32,000 bases of DNA, from NCBI RefSeq assembly GCF_003231495.1, contig NZ_PQWO01000003.1:270001-302000 (forward strand), written 5' to 3'. Below are positions 24,147-32,000 of this stretch, piece after piece; position 1 is the stretch's first letter; every line of letters begins with the position of its first letter. The notes beneath the pieces are model-generated. The model did not search any database. It saw only the letters and a program-made list of their open reading frames with translations, and was not told where the DNA came from. This stretch comes from Acaryochloris thomasi RCC1774. GTDB taxonomy: Bacteria; Cyanobacteriota; Cyanobacteriia; Thermosynechococcales; Thermosynechococcaceae. Position numbers and translations under genes: made by a program.

Positions 24147-26825
24147 TTGAGTAGCTTCAACGCCAAACAAACCCTCACCGTTGCTGACAAGACCTACGAA
24201 ATCTATAGCTTGCCGGCCGCCGCGCAAACCTTGGGGGATGTCAGCCGCCTTCCCTATAGCCTCAAGGTACTGCTAGAGAATCTGCTGCGTTACGAAGACA
24301 ATCGCACCGTCACGGCAGACGATGTGCGCTCCATTGCTGATTGGCTGAAAACTCAAACCTCCAAGCGAGAAATTGCCTACCGCCCTGCCCGCGTACTGAT
24401 GCAGGATTTTACAGGTGTTCCAGCCGTAGTGGATCTCGCCGCCATGCGCGATGCCATGGTTTCATTGGGCGGTAACCCCGAGGCCATTAACCCCCTTTCT
24501 GCTGTCGATCTGGTGATTGACCACTCTGTAATGGTGGATGCTTCTGGTAGTGCCGATGCTTTTGCCAAAAACGTTGAGCGCGAATTTGAGCGTAACTACG
24601 AGCGCTATGCCTTTTTACGCTGGGGTCAGCAAGCCTTTGATAACTTCCGGGTGGTGCCGCCGGGGACTGGCATTTGTCATCAGGTCAACCTAGAGAATCT
24701 ATCTCAAGTGGTTTGGATTAAGGACGTAGATGGCGAAACCGTTGCCTACCCTGACACGTTAGTGGGCACCGATAGCCACACTACGATGGTGAATGGCCTG
24801 TCTGTTTTGGGCTGGGGCGTAGGTGGTATTGAGGCTGAAGCCGCCATGCTAGGCCAACCCATCTCGATGCTGATTCCGGAAGTGGTGGGTGTGAAGTTGA
24901 CTGGGCAGCTTCCTGAAGGAGCTACGGCGACAGATCTAGTGCTGACCGTGACGGAGATGTTGCGATCGCAAGGTGTCGTTGGAAAGTTCGTCGAATTTTA
25001 TGGCGCCGGTCTTGATCATCTAACATTGGCCGACCGGGCCACCATCAGCAACATGGCTCCCGAGTACGGAGCCACCTGTGGATTCTTTCCTATCGATGCT
25101 GAAACAATTAACTATCTGAAGTTCACAGGCCGAGAACCTGATCGGGTTGCTTTAGTAGAAGCCTATGCCAAAGCTCAAGGCATGTGGCGAAATACCGACA
25201 GTCCTGATCCTATCTTCACAACGAATTTGCAGCTTGATCTAACCACTGTGGAACCGTCAATGGCTGGTCCCAAACGCCCACAAGATAGGGTGCTGCTTTC
25301 CAACGCAGCTGAGCAATTTAAAACAAAGGACTTCCCTGGATTTAGCAATCTAGAGTTCTCTCAAAGTCGTTCAGTTCCGGTAGAAGGGGCCGACTATGAG
25401 CTCAGAGATGGTGCAGTCGTCATTGCTGCAATTACAAGCTGCACCAATACCTCCAACCCTTCCGTGATGTTGGGGGCAGGATTGGTAGCTCGCAAAGCTC
25501 GAGAGAAAGGCTTAACCGTTAAGCCGTGGGTCAAGACTTCGCTGGCTCCAGGCAGTCAAGTTGTAACCGACTATCTTGTGAATGCTGGTCTGCAGGCAGA
25601 GCTAGACGCCCTAGGCTTCAACCTAGTGGGTTATGGCTGCACCACCTGTATTGGTAACTCTGGCCCTCTACCTACTCCCATCATCAAGGCCATTGAAGAG
25701 CAGGAGCTAGTTACCTGCGCGGTCCTCTCTGGAAACCGCAACTTTGAAGGTCGAGTCAGTCCCCACACTCGCGGCAATTATCTGGCGTCTCCACCGTTGG
25801 TCGTCGCCTATGCGCTGGCCGGGAACTTCTCCATCGACCTTCGCACAGAGCCATTGGGCAACGATACGGAAGGCAATCCGGTGTATCTCAAAGACATCTG
25901 GCCGACGAGTCAAGAGATTCGAGATACGCTGCAGGTTGCCCTCACACCTGAGATGTTCCGCAGTCGCTATAGCAATGTGTTTACGGGCGACCAAGAATGG
26001 CAAAAAATCAAAGCAGAAGACAGCCAGACCTATAGCTGGAATACCTCTAGCACCTATGTCCAAAACCCACCCTTCTTTGAGGGGATGGGGGCCAAAAGTC
26101 AGAGCAGCTCCGCCGATATTAAGGACGCTAGACCACTAGCCCTGCTGGGTGACAGCATCACTACAGATCACATCTCTCCTGCCGGAGCCATTAAGCAAGA
26201 TAGTCCCGCAGGCAGTTACCTTGTCGATAACCAGGTGAGCGCCACCGACTTTAACTCCTTTGGTTCACGACGCGGCAACCATGAAGTGATGATGCGCGGG
26301 ACCTTTGCCAATATTCGGCTCAAAAATGAGATGGCACCGGGTACCTCGGGCGGTATTACAAAATACATGCCTGCTGGTGAACAGATGTCGATATACGATG
26401 CAGCAATGAAGTATCAGGCGGAAGACACGCCGCTAATTGTGATTGCGGGTAAAGAATACGGCACGGGTTCATCTCGGGATTGGGCAGCAAAGGGCGTTCG
26501 GCTACTGGGCGTTAAGGCCGTAGTGGCCGAGAGCTATGAACGTATTCACCGCTCTAACTTGGTGGGCATGGGCGTTCTACCTCTACTGTTCCCAGACGGC
26601 GTTAGCCGGAAGACCCTGAAGCTAGATGGTACTGAAACATTTGACCTTACGGGCCTCAGCAACGGCATCCAGCCTGGAATGATAGTGACCTTAGTGATTC
26701 ATCGTGCCGATGGTTCTACGGAAGAGACTGACCTCCTGTGCCGGATTGATACCTTAGATGAGGTGGAGTACTACAATAACGGCGGTATCCTGCACCATGT
26801 CTTGCGGCAGTTGGTTGCGGCCTAG
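24147..26825 (+). CDS. acnA: Aconitate hydratase A (AcnA/IRP-type), TTG start
   Basis: 892 aa and collinear with E. coli AcnA from the first residues (MSS..., [50 protein letters not shown]). Cluster ligand contexts are SCTNTSNP and [12 protein letters not shown] 24147 has GGAG upstream. Confidence 0.92.
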   Translation: MSSFNAKQTLTVADKTYEIYSLPAAAQTLGDVSRLPYSLKVLLENLLRYEDNRTVTADDVRSIADWLKTQTSKREIAYRPARVLMQDFTGVPAVVDLAAMRDAMVSLGGNPEAINPLSAVDLVIDHSVMVDASGSADAFAKNVEREFERNYERYAFLRWGQQAFDNFRVVPPGTGICHQVNLENLSQVVWIKDVDGETVAYPDTLVGTDSHTTMVNGLSVLGWGVGGIEAEAAMLGQPISMLIPEVVGVKLTGQLPEGATATDLVLTVTEMLRSQGVVGKFVEFYGAGLDHLTLADRATISNMAPEYGATCGFFPIDAETINYLKFTGREPDRVALVEAYAKAQGMWRNTDSPDPIFTTNLQLDLTTVEPSMAGPKRPQDRVLLSNAAEQFKTKDFPGFSNLEFSQSRSVPVEGADYELRDGAVVIAAITSCTNTSNPSVMLGAGLVARKAREKGLTVKPWVKTSLAPGSQVVTDYLVNAGLQAELDALGFNLVGYGCTTCIGNSGPLPTPIIKAIEEQELVTCAVLSGNRNFEGRVSPHTRGNYLASPPLVVAYALAGNFSIDLRTEPLGNDTEGNPVYLKDIWPTSQEIRDTLQVALTPEMFRSRYSNVFTGDQEWQKIKAEDSQTYSWNTSSTYVQNPPFFEGMGAKSQSSSADIKDARPLALLGDSITTDHISPAGAIKQDSPAGSYLVDNQVSATDFNSFGSRRGNHEVMMRGTFANIRLKNEMAPGTSGGITKYMPAGEQMSIYDAAMKYQAEDTPLIVIAGKEYGTGSSRDWAAKGVRLLGVKAVVAESYERIHRSNLVGMGVLPLLFPDGVSRKTLKLDGTETFDLTGLSNGIQPGMIVTLVIHRADGSTEETDLLCRIDTLDEVEYYNNGGILHHVLRQLVAA
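24962..24969. repeat. HIP1 octamer GCGATCGC
   Basis: Exact match read in the sequence. Confidence 0.95.
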
Positions 26826-26919
26826 TGCTGTAAATATCTACTGAAGAGCTGCTCCTTACACAGCGCTCACGTTTTGAGAGAGAATTGTGAGAGTGCTTGG
26901 GTTGTAGAGAGGAACAAAT

Positions 26920-28869
26920 ATGTCTAATAGCGAGGTCCTGTCCCCCGGCGTAGCTGACTACACCGCCATTACGTCCATTGCTGATGTTTGGCCCATCGCG
27001 GCTCGTCATTTCGGGGAAACGGTGGCCCTTAGAGATCCGCACCGGCAACCCGAAGTTAGTCTCACCTTTGCAGAGCTTAATCAGCAGCTTCATGGCTTTG
27101 CAGCAGGTTTGCAGGCTCTCGGGGTAGAACCCGGTGATCGCATCTCCATCGTGGCTGACAATAGTCCTCGCTGGCTGATTGCCGATCAGGGTAGTCTCAT
27201 GGCAGGGGCCGTCAACGTGGTCCGCAGTTCCCAAGCTGATGCACAGGAATTGGCCTATATCCTTGAACATAGCGGCTCAACGGCTCTGCTAGTTGAAGAT
27301 CTTAAGACCCTGCGCAAGCTGAAACCTTTCCTGGGTTCCCTTCCTCTCAAGTTTGTGGGCCTCATGTCTGATGAAGAGCCAGAACCTTCAGAGTCTGTGA
27401 AGATGCTGAGCTTTAATCAAATTTTTACATCGGGTGCTGCTAGCGGCCTGAAAGACGTATCTGGCAGCCCAGACCGCTTAGCTATTCTGATGTACACCTC
27501 TGGGACCACAGGCCAACCCAAAGGGGTTATGCTCAGTCACGGGAATTACCTCTTTCAACTCACTCACCTTCGCAGCGTGCTTCAACCAGAACCAGGCGAT
27601 CGCGTTCTCAGCATCTTGCCCAGTTGGCACGTTTTTGGTCGCATCGTCGATTATTTCTTTTTATCCCAGGGCTGCACTCAGATCTACACTTCAATCCGCC
27701 ATGTCAAGAAGGATCTGCAGGTTTATAAGCCTCAGTTCATGGGCAGCGTTCCTCGACTGTGGGAATCTATCTATGAAGGCATCCAAAAGCAGTTTCGCCA
27801 ACAGTCTAAAATCCAACAGCTACTGATTAATCAATGTTTCAGTGCTAGTCAACGATACATTTTGGCCCAGCGTACGCTACAGGGGCTAGATCTCATAAAT
27901 TTGAAGCCCTCTGGTGGTCAGCGGCTGCAGGCCCGTATTCAGACGCTATTGGCTTTACCGCTCCATGCCCTAGGGAAGAAGCTGGTCTACGGCAAAGTGA
28001 ATGCAGCCCTGGGTGGGAATTTCAAGTACTCCCTTAGCGGCGGCGGCTCTTTAGCCATGCATATAGAAAACTTCTTCGAGATCGTGGGCATTGATTTGCT
28101 GGTAGGCTATGGCCTCACAGAGACAGCGCCCGTACTAACCGCTCGACGGCCTAGGCATAATCTGCGCCGATCCTCGGGGCGACCGATCCCTAAAACGGAG
28201 CTAAAGATTGTAGATCTAAAAACGCGGCAGGCTTTGCCCTTAGGAGAAACTGGCTTGGTTCTAGCACGGGGACCGCAGGTTATGCAGGGCTACTATCATA
28301 ATCCTGAGGCTACAGCTAAGGCCATTGATCCAGAAGGATGGTTTGATACCGGCGACCTTGGCTGGATGACGGACCAGCAGGATTTAATCATCACCGGGCG
28401 CTCGAAAGATACGATTGTGCTCTCCAATGGCGAGAACATTGAGCCACAGCCTCTAGAAGACGCCTGCGCTCGTAGTACCTATATCGATCAACTTGTGGTG
28501 GTGGGGCAAGACCAGCGATTGTTGGGGGCGCTCATTGTGCCCAATCTAGAGGTGCTACAGCAGTGGGCAATCAGCCAAAATGCAACGCTGAAGTTACCTC
28601 CTGTTCTGCAGGATTTAGTGGCATCAGCCCCCGCGGGCGCTCAAGCTTGGGATCTAGACAGCCAACCGGTGCAGGAGCTGTTTCGCCAAGAGCTGCTGCG
28701 AGAAGTCAAAAATCGTCCAGGCTATCGAGCCGATGACCGGATTGGGGTGTTCAAGTTCATTCTGGAGCCGTTCACGATTGAGAATGGCTTACTCACGCAA
28801 ACCCTCAAAATCAAGCGGCCTGTTGTTGCAGAACAATACCGCACATTAATCAACGAGATGTTCATTTAG
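26920..28869 (+). CDS. aas: AMP-dependent long-chain acyl-ACP/acyl-CoA synthetase (cyanobacterial Aas-like)
   Basis: 649 aa. AMP-binding motif MYTSGTTGQPKGVMLSH, GYGLTETAP and TGDLGWM. The N-terminal region resembles cyanobacterial Aas as I recall it. Confidence 0.8.
   Translation: MSNSEVLSPGVADYTAITSIADVWPIAARHFGETVALRDPHRQPEVSLTFAELNQQLHGFAAGLQALGVEPGDRISIVADNSPRWLIADQGSLMAGAVNVVRSSQADAQELAYILEHSGSTALLVEDLKTLRKLKPFLGSLPLKFVGLMSDEEPEPSESVKMLSFNQIFTSGAASGLKDVSGSPDRLAILMYTSGTTGQPKGVMLSHGNYLFQLTHLRSVLQPEPGDRVLSILPSWHVFGRIVDYFFLSQGCTQIYTSIRHVKKDLQVYKPQFMGSVPRLWESIYEGIQKQFRQQSKIQQLLINQCFSASQRYILAQRTLQGLDLINLKPSGGQRLQARIQTLLALPLHALGKKLVYGKVNAALGGNFKYSLSGGGSLAMHIENFFEIVGIDLLVGYGLTETAPVLTARRPRHNLRRSSGRPIPKTELKIVDLKTRQALPLGETGLVLARGPQVMQGYYHNPEATAKAIDPEGWFDTGDLGWMTDQQDLIITGRSKDTIVLSNGENIEPQPLEDACARSTYIDQLVVVGQDQRLLGALIVPNLEVLQQWAISQNATLKLPPVLQDLVASAPAGAQAWDLDSQPVQELFRQELLREVKNRPGYRADDRIGVFKFILEPFTIENGLLTQTLKIKRPVVAEQYRTLINEMFI
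27596..27603. repeat. HIP1 octamer GCGATCGC
   Basis: Exact match read in the sequence. Confidence 0.95.
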
Positions 28870-29670
28870 CGTCAAGATCAGATGATAGCGGTAGAGCGCA
28901 ACCGGTCGATTCCCCGCCTTAAAATACTGCGGATCTTGGGGAGATAGATAAATCGCCGTCACTTGGTCTGCTTCAATCTGAGGCTTCTCGATGCTGGTAA
29001 GACGGTAGTCAGTCGTGTTTTCCACCTGATTGACGTAAATTTGGCTGGCGCTGCTAAATATTTGCTGAAATAGCTCGCTTGTGATGAATTCAGCTGTGCT
29101 AGATTCTGTGGCGCGATCGCTAATCACCGAAGTTAACTTGCGATCTCCCCTTAAGCGTGTCACCTGCCGTGTCGGATCCTTCGGATCAACCGTCACGTTT
29201 TGCACACTGCCGTCTCCTAGATAGGCCGTGATTAAACTACGGCTGTTGTAAGCCTGATCGGCCACAATTGCCGCATCGCTGGTGTCCTCAGAACCAAAGC
29301 GCACATCAAACACCACGGGCTGCTCAAGGTATCGCTCTTGATCTGCAAACCCCGGCGTCACAATTTCAGGCGATAAAGGAGCCTCCAGCGCCGTTAGGGT
29401 GCTGGTCACCTGCCACTCACCTTGAAACCAGTCAGGATACTGCAAATTCCCCTGAGCAGGCTTAAGGGGCGGCCGAGATTTCCAGCTGGGAAACTGATCG
29501 AGCCGATCTGCTAGAGGACCGGCTAAAACACCGCCCTTGATGTCAGCCCATTTATACACCGACGTTTTATACATCGATGTATAGGGTAATGAAAACCAAC
29601 AAAACACAAATAGCAACATCAAGGCTATTGAGCGTCCAATACCCTTGATGCGTTGCAGAAGAACGGTCAT
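28846..29670 (-). CDS. Hypothetical membrane-anchored protein, co-oriented 6 nt downstream of thiC
   Basis: 274 aa. It has an N-terminal TM or signal anchor (IALMLLFVFCWFSL). No family recognised. Its 3' end overlaps the aas 3' end by 24 nt. Confidence 0.6.
   Translation of the reverse strand: MTVLLQRIKGIGRSIALMLLFVFCWFSLPYTSMYKTSVYKWADIKGGVLAGPLADRLDQFPSWKSRPPLKPAQGNLQYPDWFQGEWQVTSTLTALEAPLSPEIVTPGFADQERYLEQPVVFDVRFGSEDTSDAAIVADQAYNSRSLITAYLGDGSVQNVTVDPKDPTRQVTRLRGDRKLTSVISDRATESSTAEFITSELFQQIFSSASQIYVNQVENTTDYRLTSIEKPQIEADQVTAIYLSPQDPQYFKAGNRPVALYRYHLILTLNEHLVD
29113..29120. repeat. HIP1 octamer GCGATCGC
   Basis: Exact match read in the sequence. Confidence 0.95.
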
Positions 29671-29676
29671 AAAACG

Positions 29677-31153
<1,477 letters not shown>

Positions 31154-31491
31154 TGAAAATCGTAGCATTTACCTAAGAGGAGACGCGCTGAGATTGAGTA
31201 AAGTTTTGCGAGGTTTCGTAAACGCCAACGAATTTATGGGTCAACGATTCCCAGCTCTAAGCGACAGGTTGTTTGTAGTCCTTGCCCAACGACTGTCGTT
31301 AGCTATGCTCGCTGGCGTGAATCCCTTGCCAGGAGAATCTTGGCACAGTGCCACATTTACCAGTAGTTAATTGTTGTGATTGGCTGCTGCGGATCGACCT
31401 TCAGAGGAAGATCTGTGCCAACGGCCATTGAGAATATCTAAGGCTCGTCGCTTTGCCTAGAGTACTGTGTTGTCTCCGAAGCATTCAAACT

Positions 31492-31821
31492 TCAGCTAAA
31501 TCGCTCAGCGACGGCTCTGTCTACGGATTCACGATCAGGATGAATATCAAAGACCTGATCGACGCCAATCATATCCATGATCATGCGTGCACTGGAGTTC
31601 ATTGCGCAAAGATAGAGGTGGCAACCATCCTTCTCAGCTCGTTTGAGAATACGGACGAGAATGCCAACGCCCATGCTGTCAACAAAGGTGACATGGGTAA
31701 AGTCAATCAAAATTGCTTTTGCGCCCTGATTAATGGCAGCCGTTGTCTCTTGCAGTAGCGGAGGATTCGCTTCTTGCCCCCCTAGCCATCCCGTCGGGTT
31801 AAAGATTTTTAGCGCTGACAT
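31492..31821 (-). CDS. STAS-domain anti-sigma-factor antagonist (SpoIIAA/RsbV-like)
   Basis: 109 aa. Contains LIDFTHVTFVDSMGVGILV, with the conserved phosphorylatable Ser in the DSMG context. Confidence 0.8.
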   Translation of the reverse strand: MSALKIFNPTGWLGGQEANPPLLQETTAAINQGAKAILIDFTHVTFVDSMGVGILVRILKRAEKDGCHLYLCAMNSSARMIMDMIGVDQVFDIHPDRESVDRAVAERFS

Positions 31822-32000
31822 CTAGAATTTTTGGTAGATGAAGGAACCTTTTCTAGGATATACTACTCACTCACAATAGCCTTTAACCTAGGGTGAGGAT
31901 AGTCTAACGCATAGCGATGGTCATCTTGCCTGTATTTTTGTCCATAATGAGGTCGATGTCCGCGCAGAGATTCCGCCATGTCTAGAACCGCCAATGAATT

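Noticed and set aside
24147-26825. acnA as a recent horizontal acquisition
   Set aside because: The gene contains a HIP1 octamer (24962-24969) and looks compositionally like its neighbours. If it is foreign, it is not recent. I kept it only as a low-interest distribution question.
26716-27270. 184-aa minus-strand ORF spanning the acnA 3' end, the intergenic gap and the aas 5' end
   Set aside because: It is antisense to two confidently identified genes and has no recognisable motifs. It is a shadow ORF.
31453-31758. 101-aa plus-strand ORF
   Set aside because: It is antisense to the STAS-domain gene, whose translation has clear family motifs. It is a shadow ORF.

Overview
This window looks like a cyanobacterial chromosome segment. 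Evidence: ten perfect HIP1 octamers (GCGATCGC), a split-type rpoC2 3' end, cyanobacterial rpoZ, kai genes, a devBCA-like exporter and a PaO-type Rieske oxygenase. It is densely coding, with about 25 genes. I recognised no rRNA, tRNA, CRISPR array, transposase or integrase.

Most genes are housekeeping: rpoC2 (partial), thiE, spoT/rel, a class-V aminotransferase, rpoZ, prmA, serA, devBCA-like, acnA, an aas-like ligase, thiC behind a clear TPP riboswitch, and a STAS protein.

Two regions deserve a second look:

1. **Kai cluster, 8.45-14.0 kb.** This is a tight kaiB-kaiC operon. The gene in the KaiA position is a chimera of a canonical phospho-acceptor receiver domain and a KaiA-like C-terminal domain, the KaiA3/KaiB3/KaiC3-type architecture. 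A REC-PAS-GGDEF-EAL c-di-GMP enzyme follows, and its receiver belongs to the same subfamily. The block is AT-richer than its flanks in spot counts, has no HIP1 sites, and sits between unusually long non-coding regions.

2. **vWA / PP2C / kinase cassette, 1.6-5.4 kb, minus strand.** The three genes are closely spaced, with a 4-nt overlap between the last two, and match the TerY-P / yegL-yegK-yegI-type triad. The kinase carries a Cys cluster, a basic Ser/Pro-rich linker, one transmembrane helix and a seven-blade WD40 propeller that is predicted to be extracytoplasmic.

All calls rest on reading the translations and DNA by eye. No database searches were run.
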